A stretch of DNA of 64,000 bases from Candidatus Latescibacterota bacterium (lineage in GTDB: Bacteria > Latescibacterota > UBA2968): NCBI GenBank assembly GCA_965198115.1, contig OZ240241.1, forward strand, positions 3,392,001 through 3,456,000, read 5' to 3'. The notes under the pieces were generated by a model. It was not told the DNA's origin. It ran no database searches and saw nothing but the letters and a program-made list of their open reading frames with translations. Both the position numbers and the translations under genes were made by a program. Below, one piece after another: positions 8,786-19,800 of the stretch. The first letter of the stretch is position 1. Each line of letters starts with the position of its first letter.

Positions 8786-10141
8786 ATGGCCATCGATCTT
8801 TCGTTCCTCGATTCGGGCAAGGCGATCCGCGATCCCATCTGGGGTTACATCCACGTCCCCTGGGACCTGATCGACCTCGTCGATTCCGAAGACTTCCAAC
8901 GTCTCCGCGACATCTCACAGCTCGGCCACGTTCTCCTCGTCTACCCCGGCGCGCGTCATTCGCGATTCGAACACTCCCTCGGCGTCTATCACCTGACCGG
9001 TCAGTTCGTCCGGCAGTTGCTTCGATCCGACCCCGGCCTCGACCTCTCCCTCGACGACGTCCGTGTGCTGCTGGCCGCAAGCCTGCTCCACGACCTCGGT
9101 CACTATCCGTTTTCGCATCTCCTCGAAGAGATGCAGGCGTTCTTCATCGACCACGAAACACGCGGGCGCCAGGTCATCCAGGACTCCGCGACCGAAGTGC
9201 ATACCGCCCTCCGACACGCCGGAATCGACCCAGGACGCGTCGCCAACGTGATCGACTACCGCAACGAGACCGTCGACATACCCCGCGAGGACTTGCGTCT
9301 GGCCCACATCCTGAGCGGCACCCTCGACCCCGACAAAGTCGACTACCTCCTGCGGGATGCCAGGTATTGCGGCGTACCCTTTGGAGAAAGCGTCAACCGC
9401 GATCGTCTGATCGGGTCGATCACCTACGACGCCCAGGCCGACCGTCCTGCAATCAACTACAAGGGGGTGTCGGCCGTCGAGGCTCTGATTTTCACGAGCT
9501 ACCTGATGTATCGAAACGTCTACTGGCACCACGCGGTGCGGTCGGCCAATGCGATGTTCAAGCGGGGCGTGCAGGATCTTCTCGCACACCCCAACTGCGG
9601 GCTGTCGGAGGCCGACTTTGTCCGATCGACCGAGGCCGATCTCGTCCATCGGCTAGAACAGGAGTTGCTGCGTCTGAGGCTCGACGTCCGTGACAGCATG
9701 GTGGGGCGTCTCAAACGACGAAAATTGCACAAGGTGAGCCGTGTGTTCGTTCCTTATGGCCGTCACGAGCCCCTGTTCGACTATTTTGCCAGACTCTACG
9801 AATACCCCGACGAGCGTCGGGCGCTGGAACAAGATCTTTGTCGTCACTTCGCCAAGTTGTCGGGACGTGAGCTGAGAGGAGACGAGATCCTGGTCGACAT
9901 CCCCCGTTTCACCAAAAGCCCCGAAATCGACCTCAAAGTGTTTTTCGGATCGCACGTTCCGGTCGGGAAATCCGACCCCCTATCGTTCGAAGACCCGGAG
10001 GTCTCGCTCCTCAAGGAATATCTGATCGGCAACTTCGAGACGCAGGCCAAGATCGTTCGGGTGTTCGCCGTCGACGATCCAGCGCTCCACGCGGCCCTGC
10101 GCGACGAAATCGGTGCCCGAATTCAGGCCGCAGCTGCCTAA
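8786..10141 (+). CDS. HD-domain phosphohydrolase, SAMHD1/dNTPase-like
   Basis: RDPIWGYI, FQRLRDISQLG, HSRFEHSLG, LHDLGHYPFSH, DPDKVDYLLRD, MYRNVYWH. Confidence 0.85.
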   Translation: MAIDLSFLDSGKAIRDPIWGYIHVPWDLIDLVDSEDFQRLRDISQLGHVLLVYPGARHSRFEHSLGVYHLTGQFVRQLLRSDPGLDLSLDDVRVLLAASLLHDLGHYPFSHLLEEMQAFFIDHETRGRQVIQDSATEVHTALRHAGIDPGRVANVIDYRNETVDIPREDLRLAHILSGTLDPDKVDYLLRDARYCGVPFGESVNRDRLIGSITYDAQADRPAINYKGVSAVEALIFTSYLMYRNVYWHHAVRSANAMFKRGVQDLLAHPNCGLSEADFVRSTEADLVHRLEQELLRLRLDVRDSMVGRLKRRKLHKVSRVFVPYGRHEPLFDYFARLYEYPDERRALEQDLCRHFAKLSGRELRGDEILVDIPRFTKSPEIDLKVFFGSHVPVGKSDPLSFEDPEVSLLKEYLIGNFETQAKIVRVFAVDDPALHAALRDEIGARIQAAAA

Positions 10142-10178
10142 GACAGGCCACAACCCCTTGTTTTCTTGTGCCTTAAAC

Positions 10179-10207
10179 TTGACACAACCCGGGAGTGGTC
10201 GTAAATT
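10179..10207 (+). promoter_or_regulatory. Sigma70-type promoter for the M23 peptidase
   Basis: TTGACA-17-TAAATT. Confidence 0.55.
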
Positions 10208-10260
10208 CGGCTGACTGAATACGTTGTCTTGCAGTAGGCATCCTGATTGTCCGAGGACGT

Positions 10261-11199
10261 ATGGCTCGCAAGTTCATCACCTTTATGGTCATTCCGCACA
10301 ACGAAGACCACGTGCGGGAAGTCAACTGTTCCCGCCCCCTGCTCTACGGGGCTGCTGTGGCAATCGCGCTCTTTCTGGTCTCCTTCAGTCTACTGGCCTA
10401 CGGGTTCCTTACCGGGCTCGGTGCCGAAACCGCCCATCGGGCGCTCGCCATCGAAAACGCCGAGCTCGAGACACACCTCTCGCGGCTGCACGGAGGTCTC
10501 ACCCAACTTCGTGGACAAATCGACGACCTGTCGCAATCGGACCGTCAGATGCGGGCCTACACCAGCCTCACCGAACCGGGCTCCGAAGTGCGACAGATGG
10601 GCGTGGGCGGCGTCGAGGCACCCGAGGCGCCGTGGGACGACAAGGTCTCGTTCGAGAACGCCCTTCGGTTGGAAGAAAACTACACCGACCTCGACCAACT
10701 CGTGCGCGAAGCGCGATTCCTCGAATCCAGCTTCGATTCGATTCTCGCCACACTCGAGCGCGATCAGATGATTCGTCTTCACACACCATCGATCTTTCCA
10801 GTCAAGGGTGAAGGCTGGCCCTCGTCGTCGTTCGGTTACCGGCAGGATCCTTTCACCGGCCAGCGGTCGTTCCACAACGGAATGGACATCGCCGGCCGAA
10901 CGGGTACATCCATCGTCGCCACTGCCGACGGCATCGTCGATCAGGCACGCTACGACCGACGGCTCGGACACTACGTCAGCATCGCACACGCGGGCGGGGT
11001 TCGCACCGTCTACGGCCACCTGATCGGACACAAGGACGTCAAAAAAGGCCAACAGATCGCACGGGGTGACGCCATCGGAAGGATGGGCAAGTCCGGCAGA
11101 ACGACGGCCACGCACGTGCATTATGGCATCAGCATCAACGGACGCGCCGTCGATCCCTCCCGCTACATCCTCGACACACGTCGGTCCCGGTCCTTCTAA
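10261..11199 (+). CDS. M23 family peptidoglycan endopeptidase (TM + coiled coil + LytM domain)
   Basis: FHNGMDIA, TVYGHL, GKSGRTTATHVHY zinc motifs. Confidence 0.9.
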   Translation: MARKFITFMVIPHNEDHVREVNCSRPLLYGAAVAIALFLVSFSLLAYGFLTGLGAETAHRALAIENAELETHLSRLHGGLTQLRGQIDDLSQSDRQMRAYTSLTEPGSEVRQMGVGGVEAPEAPWDDKVSFENALRLEENYTDLDQLVREARFLESSFDSILATLERDQMIRLHTPSIFPVKGEGWPSSSFGYRQDPFTGQRSFHNGMDIAGRTGTSIVATADGIVDQARYDRRLGHYVSIAHAGGVRTVYGHLIGHKDVKKGQQIARGDAIGRMGKSGRTTATHVHYGISINGRAVDPSRYILDTRRSRSF

Positions 11200-11220
11200 C
11201 AGCCAACCGCGCGTACACGC

Positions 11221-11261
11221 ATAGGGGGCCGTGTCGCTTTGACACCGCCCCCTATTTCTTT
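11221..11261 (+). terminator. Intrinsic terminator between convergent M23 and lptG
   Basis: ATAGGGGGC-C-GTGTC…GACAC-C-GCCCCCTAT followed by TTCTTT. Confidence 0.7.
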
Positions 11262-11274
11262 CCGATTCCGGCTC

Positions 11275-12339
11275 TCAGGTATGGGCTCGTCTGAGGAGGA
11301 CAATTCCAACCACCAGAAACACGAGGTCGGGTGCCCACGCCGCTACCAAGGGCCCGACGATCCCGTTCCACCCCATCGCGCGGCTTGCCTGCAGACTCCC
11401 GTAAAACAAAAAGCTCGTGAGCAAACAGATACCGATCTGGAGCGGCCGGCCCGTTCGACCCGTGTAGGAAGACATCGGCAACCCCAGCAGGACCATCACG
11501 AACGCAGCACACGCGAAGGCCGATCGCAGCTCCAGGTCCACGCTTTCGCGCAGTGCCTCCCCCCCGTTTCTCAGCCGACGCTCGATCAGCTGCTTCAAGG
11601 CTTTCGTGCCCAGTTGCTCGACTGGCCGCGCTTCGCGTGAAAGATCGGCGGGCAACAACGTAAGCGCGAGAACACGAAGTGAATCGAACGGCACCACACG
11701 TTCTCGATCGTGTTCGAAAATCCGCGTCTCTCCCCGAACGAAAACCCACGACGAACCCACCCACGCCAACTCCTCCGCCCGAATTTTCTTTCTCAGCACG
11801 CGCCCGACATACTGATCCAGCGTCACGCGACGACCCTTGCGCTGATCGGATCGATACTCCGCGAGCGAAACAACCTGGCCGTCCACATCGCGAACGACGA
11901 CCTGCGCGCGTCTTCCCGGCGCCCTTCGCTGCGCACCCTCATCGAACGCAGCACGACGACGGTTCGCTGTCGGAATCCATTCCTGCGACAGACCGAACGC
12001 AACGCCGCTCACGACCGCCGAAAACACGAGAACCGGCATCACGATGCGGAAGAGCGGAATCCCGGCGGCCTTCATCGCGGCTAGTTCGTTCTGCCGAGCG
12101 AGCCCACCGAGACAAAACAGGCTGGCAAGCAGACTCGCCATCGGTAGAGTCACAAAAGCGAAGTAAGGGACCGACCAGGCGTAGTAGAAAGCGATCGACG
12201 ATGCGGCCACGTCACGGTCGAGAAAAGAGCTGATACGGTTGGCCAGATCCACGACGACAAAGATGGCGACGAAACCACCCGAGCTGAACACGAGCGGTTG
12301 AACGAACCGCCACAGCACGTATCGACTCAAGATCCTCAA
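11275..12339 (-). CDS. lptG: LPS export ABC permease, LptF/LptG family (LptG-like)
   Basis: ILSRYV start, LGGLARQNELAAMKAAGI, PLVAAWAPD; TTG start overlaps the upstream stop. Confidence 0.8.
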   Translation of the reverse strand: MRILSRYVLWRFVQPLVFSSGGFVAIFVVVDLANRISSFLDRDVAASSIAFYYAWSVPYFAFVTLPMASLLASLFCLGGLARQNELAAMKAAGIPLFRIVMPVLVFSAVVSGVAFGLSQEWIPTANRRRAAFDEGAQRRAPGRRAQVVVRDVDGQVVSLAEYRSDQRKGRRVTLDQYVGRVLRKKIRAEELAWVGSSWVFVRGETRIFEHDRERVVPFDSLRVLALTLLPADLSREARPVEQLGTKALKQLIERRLRNGGEALRESVDLELRSAFACAAFVMVLLGLPMSSYTGRTGRPLQIGICLLTSFLFYGSLQASRAMGWNGIVGPLVAAWAPDLVFLVVGIVLLRRAHT

Positions 12340-13628
12340 CCCGGCCTCCGGGCAAGACGCACGAGCATCAGGACACCCACGGCCCCGAGCAGTAGATTGG
12401 GGCTCCACATCGAAAACCAGGGCGCGATAAATCCCCTGTCCGCCAGTTTTTCCCCGCCGATGAGGAACAGCCAGTAGACCAGAAAGAAGGCGATGCTGAT
12501 AGCCGCGGCGACCGTCGGACCCCCTCGTCGCACTCTGAATCCCACGGGCGCCCCGATCAGGACGAACACCAGACACGCCGCAGGGATCGAGAACTTCTTG
12601 TGAACTTCCACGCGGAGACGATCCGCCTGACGACGCTTGTGGGCGGCCAGGGTGGCGTCGGCCTGCGCGCGCGAGGTTACGAACCTGAAGTCCGTGACCC
12701 CACCCGGTGCGCGGGGGCCGCGTGTCGTCACCTCCTCGAACTCCGTTCCCAACAGCGCTCGCCGGACGAACTTCCGCCATCGCCCCAAACCTTCGGTCTC
12801 CAGAGCCGAGGCCTCCTGCTCGTATTCGGCGACACGCGCCCACATCGTACCCACACCCATCTCCCGATCGTTACGATAGCTCGAAACGGTTCGCGACAAC
12901 CGGCGACCTGCCTCTCCCAAACGAAGGGTCAGTGTGCCGAACGAACCCGACACATACAGGTCGGGCGAGGCTTCGTCCACACGATCGATCGATCCAGTGT
13001 GGAGGGTCAGAACGGCCTCGTCCCGGTCCGTGGCGAAAGTCAGGTGACCACGGCTCGCACGAATCGTCGTCGGGTAGCCCCCCGCATCGTACTTGTAGAT
13101 CAGCACATCGCGCAGCGTCGACGTGGCCCCTTCGATCTCGCCGATCAGAATGTGGTAGTTCGAAAAGTCCTGGATGAAAACACCGGCCCGTCCCTTGAGC
13201 GAGACGGTCGGACGTTTTCGATGGATGTCCATGACCAGCAGGCGCGCCTGGTGGTTGAAATCGGGCAGGATGCGGTCGTTGAACCACACGAGGACCACGG
13301 CCACGACGGCGCCGACTCCCAGGGCCGGCCAGACGAGCTGGTGAAACCCCACTCCGAGCGCCCGCATCGCCGTGATTTCGTTGTCGCCGCTCAGACGCCC
13401 GAACGCCATCAGACTTCCGACCAGAATCGACATCGGGGCGGCGAGGGCCACCTGCCAGGCCGTGTGCAGGAAGAACAGCTCCCCTGCCACACCGAGCGAA
13501 ACCCCACGCCCGAGCATCAGATCGGCTGCCTGCAAGATCGTGTCCAGCACCAGCAGGAACATAATGACCGAAAAGGCGAACAGAACCGGAACCAGGTGCT
13601 CCCTCACCACATACCTGGCAAGTACCAT
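12336..13628 (-). CDS. lptF: LPS export ABC permease, LptF/LptG family (LptF-like)
   Basis: FGRLSGDNEITAMRALG, EVHKKFSIPAACLVFVLIGAPVG, GEKLADRG, SMWSPN. Confidence 0.85.
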   Translation of the reverse strand: MVLARYVVREHLVPVLFAFSVIMFLLVLDTILQAADLMLGRGVSLGVAGELFFLHTAWQVALAAPMSILVGSLMAFGRLSGDNEITAMRALGVGFHQLVWPALGVGAVVAVVLVWFNDRILPDFNHQARLLVMDIHRKRPTVSLKGRAGVFIQDFSNYHILIGEIEGATSTLRDVLIYKYDAGGYPTTIRASRGHLTFATDRDEAVLTLHTGSIDRVDEASPDLYVSGSFGTLTLRLGEAGRRLSRTVSSYRNDREMGVGTMWARVAEYEQEASALETEGLGRWRKFVRRALLGTEFEEVTTRGPRAPGGVTDFRFVTSRAQADATLAAHKRRQADRLRVEVHKKFSIPAACLVFVLIGAPVGFRVRRGGPTVAAAISIAFFLVYWLFLIGGEKLADRGFIAPWFSMWSPNLLLGAVGVLMLVRLARRPG

Positions 13629-13845
13629 CAGTGGCCCAACCTGTTGAAATTGATTCAGTTAGAGTAAAGCAACCTAAAATGAATATAGGCTAACCGCCCG
13701 CCTGGGGGGAAGTCGTCGTCACCTGCTTTTCGCTTGCCGGAGCGCCGGGGTTGGGCTATTTTTTTGCCATCCCCGCAGACGCAAGTCCATTTCCTCGCTT
13801 AACTTCCGTCATTCCGGTGGAGACGTCGCCTCAAAGGTCCTGCAC

Positions 13846-16800
13846 TTGAGCTTTAAGCGATTCTGTTGGCGCGCCAACCAGCCGGGAATCCTCCTCGTAG
13901 CCCTCTTTACCCTGTGGGGAAGCCGTACGAGCGCCGAAATCGGCCTCGCAGCTCCCGATCCGCTCCGGATGGATCGGTTCGCGGCCAAACCCCCTCGCAA
14001 CCTCGCTCCCAAGAAGACCTGGCCCCCCCAGCACGACGTCACCCCCTCCCGTTTTCTCGACGTCGGGGCCCGTCTCCTCGAACAGGAATCGATGCGGATC
14101 ATGGTCTTCGAGGAGATGGGGGGCGTACCGCACGGGCTGCCCCTCGTCATGCAGCTGGCCGAATGGAACCGCCTCCGTCACCACCACGACGCCACGCGCT
14201 TCCTCACTGCCCAGCTTGGGCGCGAAATACGTCGTCGAGCGGGCGACCGGGGCGGTCTCGTCGACATTAAGATCCCATTCCGCGTACCCAAGGGGCTGAG
14301 CGCCCTCACCGGCGAGGGTGAAACTCGTCTGAACATTACCGCACGCCAGCGGATGGATCTTTCAGGCATCAGCCAGTTCACGGACGGCGAGGCCCAATCG
14401 GCGGCCACTCGGAATTCCAAGTTTCCGACGATCGCCTTCGAGCAGGAATCGCAAGTGAACGTCAACGGCGAGATCGGCGACAAAATCACCGTCAACCTCG
14501 AGCAGAATAGCAACCGGCAGCTCGACCTGAGCGAATCCCTCCGTCTACGCTACACCGGCGACGAAGACGCCATCATCCACACCGTTGAAGCGGGCAACAC
14601 GAACCTCAACCTCCCCGGCACCCGGCTCATCGGCTTCAACGCCGGCCGCGGCGGCCTATTCGGCATCAAGGGCGAAGGGACACTCGGCGGGTTCGACCTC
14701 ACCGTCGTCACCACGCAGGACAAAGGCTCGAGCAACCGCAAGACCTTCCAGGGCCAGGCCGAAGAGTTCTCCGACGAGATTCGCGATTTCGCCTATATGG
14801 AGAACGTCTACTTCTTCTTCGACCGGGTCCACCGTCGTGCCTTTCCCTACGAACCACCTGCCAGAGACCTGATCGACATCAACAGCGTCGACGTCTACGT
14901 CAACGACTTCAACGACCTGAACGACATCGAGGACCGTGCCTTTCCGGGTCTGGCCCTCAGCGTCTGGTCGAGCAACGGAACACCCGACGAAACGACGTCT
15001 CGCGAACGCCCCGGCGGCATCGAAGAGGGCGCGTTCCACCAGCTCGAACGGACAACCTACCAGATCGACCCGCGTGGGTATCTCGTTCTCACCAACACCC
15101 GCGTGTCGGGTGGCGCGGCCCTCGCGGTCGCCTACCGCACGACCGACGGCCGCAATTTCGGCGACGTCGGCTACATCCAGGGTGCGAACACGCCCCGCGT
15201 TCAGCTCAAGCTCCTCAAGTCGAAGAACCAGACGAGCAGCTCGGAGACGTGGGACCTCGCGTGGAAGAATGTCTACAGCCTGAGTGGTCGCAACATCGAG
15301 CCCGAAGGGTTCGACCTCCGCATCCTCAAGGAGATCCCCGGCCAGGAGGACCTCGACAGCGAGGGGGGCAAACCCTACATCCAGCTCTTCCAACTCGACA
15401 CCCACACGAACAACTCGTCGGCTTCCTCCCCCCCCGACAACCGGGTCGACACAGACAACGGCAACAACATTCCGGGCCTGAACCTGGCTCTCGGCCACCT
15501 CGTCTTCCCGTTCCTCGAACCCTTCGGCGACGCCGGATCGGACAGCGCCCCGATCGCCGAGCCAGTCCCCGAACTCTACACCGAGAACAACCGCACGACA
15601 CGGGCGGAAAAGAGCAAATACTTCATGCGCTTCACCTCTCGCAGCAGGGCCACGCGGTTCAACCTCGCGGCAGGCGTGATCGAGGGGAGCGAAGTCGTCC
15701 GCCTCAACAATCGCCAGCTCGTGCGCGGGACCGACTACACGATCGACTACAATTTTGGGTCCATCTCCTTCATCGGCGCCGCAGCCGACCAGGTGTCGGA
15801 CCCGACCGCCAACCTCAAGATCGACTTCGACTCGAAGGATCCTTTTGGCGGATTCGGTCAGCAGAAGAGTCTGCTCGGCGTACGCCTCGAGCACGCCCTC
15901 GACGACCAGTTCTCCTTCCTCGGCATGACGATGCTCTACAGCAGCCAGTCTACACCCGGGCAGCGCGTGCGGGTGGGGCAAGAGCCCGCTCGCACGTTCA
16001 TCTGGGACGCCAACGCGCGACTGCGCTACCGGCCCGAGATCCTGACCGACATCGTCAACTGGATTCCGTTCGTCAACTCATCACAGCAGTCTCAGATGGA
16101 CATCGATCTCGAGGTCGCCCAGAGCATTCCAAACCCCAACACCAAGGGAATCGCCTACGTCGATGATTTCGAGGGAACTCAGGAGGAGCTGCGATTCCCG
16201 ATCTTCAAAAACTCGTGGACGCAAGCGAGCACACCGGTCAGAAACGGCCGGGCTCTCGATTCCGACATCATCCGGAAGGGTCGTCTCACGTGGTACACGC
16301 CGATCACGCGCGATCGCATATCACAGCTCGAGATCCAGCCCAACCGCACCGACCTGACGACCGAGCAGGCCATCATCGACATCCTCCAACTCCGGTTCGA
16401 AGCCGCACGGACCCTCGGAGACGGCCTCCCCGGATTCCCCGATCGGATTCGGGACAACACACGGGGTCGTCCGGAAAACTCGTGGGCGGGGATTATGTCA
16501 AACCTGGGCGGCTGGGACCTCTCGCGATCCAAATTCCTCGAAGTCTGGATCAGAGGGTCCGGGGGCAAACTGCACATCGACCTGGGAGAAGTGTCGGAGC
16601 GGATCGACCTGCCACTGGGTGGCCTGAGCGACCAGTTCAGAACCGAGGATGAGCCGATCGGCGGGCTCCTCACGGGCGACGGCATCGCGACGGCAGCCGA
16701 GGACCTCGGACTCGACGGGCTCGCCGATCAAGAGGAGGCCGTTCTGTTCTCACAAAAATGGCCGGGCGTGCCCGTCCCCGACGACCCCGCGGGCGACAAC

Positions 16801-19800
16801 TTCGACGACGTGAACACCGACAGGGGTCGGAACGATCCCGACCGCTATCCATCGGGCCTCAACGGCACGCAAGGCAACAGCCCGGAGCGCAACTCCCTGC
16901 CCGACACGGAAGACCTGAACAAAAACGGCTTTCTCGACCAAGAGAATAACTTCGTCCGCTACAGCGTCGACCTCGCCACGGACCGAGGGTTCAACGCCGA
17001 ATCGGGCTCCTACACGGATGGCGTGTCCGTGCTCGTCGAGGGCACGCGATCGGACAGCTCCAACACACCGTGGCGTCTGATCCGCATCCCTCTTCGCGGC
17101 CAGCGGTCTCCCCGAACGATCGAGGGAACACCCGACACGACCTTCTCCTCGCTCATCGACTTCGCCAGGGTCTGGATCGAACACAACGCATCGCGAGAGG
17201 AGATTTCGATCTGGGAATTCAAGGCGGTCGGCAACGACTGGCAGGAGGACGATCAGCCTCCCACGAACATTTCCGGAGATTTCGAAGTCTCCAGCATCGG
17301 AACCGACAACCCGATCTACGTCCCGCCACCCAACCTCGAACTCGAACAGGACCCGACGACCGGCCTGATCCTCACGGAACGGTCGCTGGCCGTCAATTTC
17401 GAAGACCTGGCCGTCGGCGAGACGATCACGGCCTCCCGAACCTTCGTGCAGGGCGAGGACTACACGCGCTACAGCAAGATGCGTCTCTTCGTCCACGGCG
17501 GCGACAACCCCGACACCTTCCCCGCCCCACAGGACAGCGCCGGAGCGGGCCTCACACCGCTCGAGCTGATCCTCAAGTTCAGCCCGAGCAAGGGCGATAC
17601 ACTGAACGTCTACGAATTCCACCGGAGCGTCTACGAGGGCTGGGAGTCCAACACCCTCGAGATCGACCTCGAGCTGATGACCCAGCTCAAGGGTCAGCTG
17701 CTCGATTTTCGTACGGCCCGACTCGAGTCGGATTCGACGACCCTTTCGCTCTCAGCCGGCGAGATCCTCGTCGCCTACAGCAAGGAGCGAAACCAGATTC
17801 GGACACTCGGGCCCGAACCGACCTACATCGTGCGCGGAAACCCCTCGCTCAACCGCATCAAGTCCTTCACGCTCGGCCTCCACAACCGTTCGGACAGCGT
17901 GACGGTCGGGGGCGTCGCCCTCGTCGGTCGGCCGCTTTCGGGTGAGCTCTGGGTCGACGAGCTCACGGTCGACGGCATCCGTAAGAACAAGGCCATTTCG
18001 GCGCTCGCGAGCGTCAGGACCGTCCTGGCCGATCTCGGAAACCTCAACCTCGAACTCGAGCGTCGGAGCGGTGACTTCCAGGACTTGCAGGGGGCCGCCT
18101 CCGGGAACACGACGTCACGCATCGTCCTCAACACCGACATGAATCTGGACAAACTCTTGCCTCAACAGTGGCAGACGTCGATTCCCATACGCTACAGCTA
18201 CAATCGAACCAGTTCCGTACCTCGTATTCGCCGAGGGTCGGACATCGTGCTGACTTCAGATCAGCAAGCGAATGAGAGCGACGTCAACAGCCAAAGCCGG
18301 CTCAACCTGACGTTTCGAAAGCGGGCTGCACGTGAAGATCCGCGGCTCCTCTCCCTCGTGCTCTTCGATCGGGTCGATGCGTCGGTCAATCTCGTGAGCT
18401 CGAGCACCACGAACGGCGCCATCACCCGTCGCAGGGCGAACAAGAACGACCAGCTCACGGGCACGTTTAACTATAACCTGAACCTGCCACAGAAGAAATC
18501 GATCAAACTGTTCAAGTGGGTCCCGGTTTTCAAGTCCGTCAAGGAATCGGAATTCTTCTATCTTCCGTCGACCGTCCGCTACGGCATTCGGTTCAATCGA
18601 AACATTCGCGATCAGCGGGACTTTTCCGCCGTGCCAGGGGACACGCTCAACGCGCCGATTGAGACCCACACTGAGAACTTCAACCTGAACGAGAGCTACG
18701 ACATCAAGCTCCTCCCGTTCCGCAGCCTCACCGCCAACTACAAGCTCGGTATCGACCGCGACCTGCGTGGGGCGCTCAAGGTTTCGGGTCTGCAGTTCGG
18801 CCACGAAACCGGGCGCACACAGACCTTCACGGTCGGCTTCACACCCAAGATCTTTCGGTGGTTGACGACCAACGCGCAATACAACGCCAACTATCGCGAT
18901 AACCTCGAAACCGGCGGTCAGCGAATCGCCATCGGCAACCTTCGTCGCGGTCTGACGGTCAACAACCAGAATCAGGGCAGTCTGCGGCTCGGGTTTAACT
19001 TTGCCACGTTCTTCCGCGGTCTGGCCCGCCCCAAGCGCAATGTCTTCCTCCGCCTCATCGGCCGCGCCGGCGCAACCGTGAACAACGTGAACACCTCCGT
19101 CGCCCGGACAAAACGGCTGGGCCTGTTCGGCTTGAGGAAGAGGCCCTCGGCCGCGTATCAGTTCGGATTTGCGGACACGACGCAGGTGGCCACGTTCGAG
19201 ACGGGGGGCCTGACCCGCACCAACTCCAAGTCGGTTCAGGACCGCGCCGACGTCGGTGCCTCCATTCGCCTTCCTGCCGGGTTCAGCGTTCAGTCGAACG
19301 CCAACTACAACCACAACAGGACGTTCAACAACGCGAGCACCGAAGAGAAGCTGACGACCCTGCCCGACCTGAACTTTAGCTGGAGAGGCGTCGAGCGACT
19401 ACCGATTCTGCGCTGGCTCTGGACGAGTGGCAACGTGAACTCAAGTTTCCAGCAGTCCAAAACGAAACGTGGCGAGCCGGCCGTCCTCGACGGTGTTTTC
19501 CACGCTCTGGACACCCTCACGATCACCAACGATATTCGAGCCACACAGCTCAGCCCGATGGTTTCCCTTTCTACCCGCTGGAAGAACGGCATGTCGACGA
19601 CGGTTCAGACCACACGCACGAAGACGACGGACCTTCGTTTCCAGCGCAACATCCAAAAAAACGACGAGGGTCGCTTCCCCACCCAGGCAGAGCGCACGAT
19701 CGGAACGACGATCACCAGGGCGACGAACCTGCGTGCGCAGATGCGTTATTCCATCAAGCCCAGCATTTTTGGCACGTTGGAGAGCAACATCGATCTCGAC

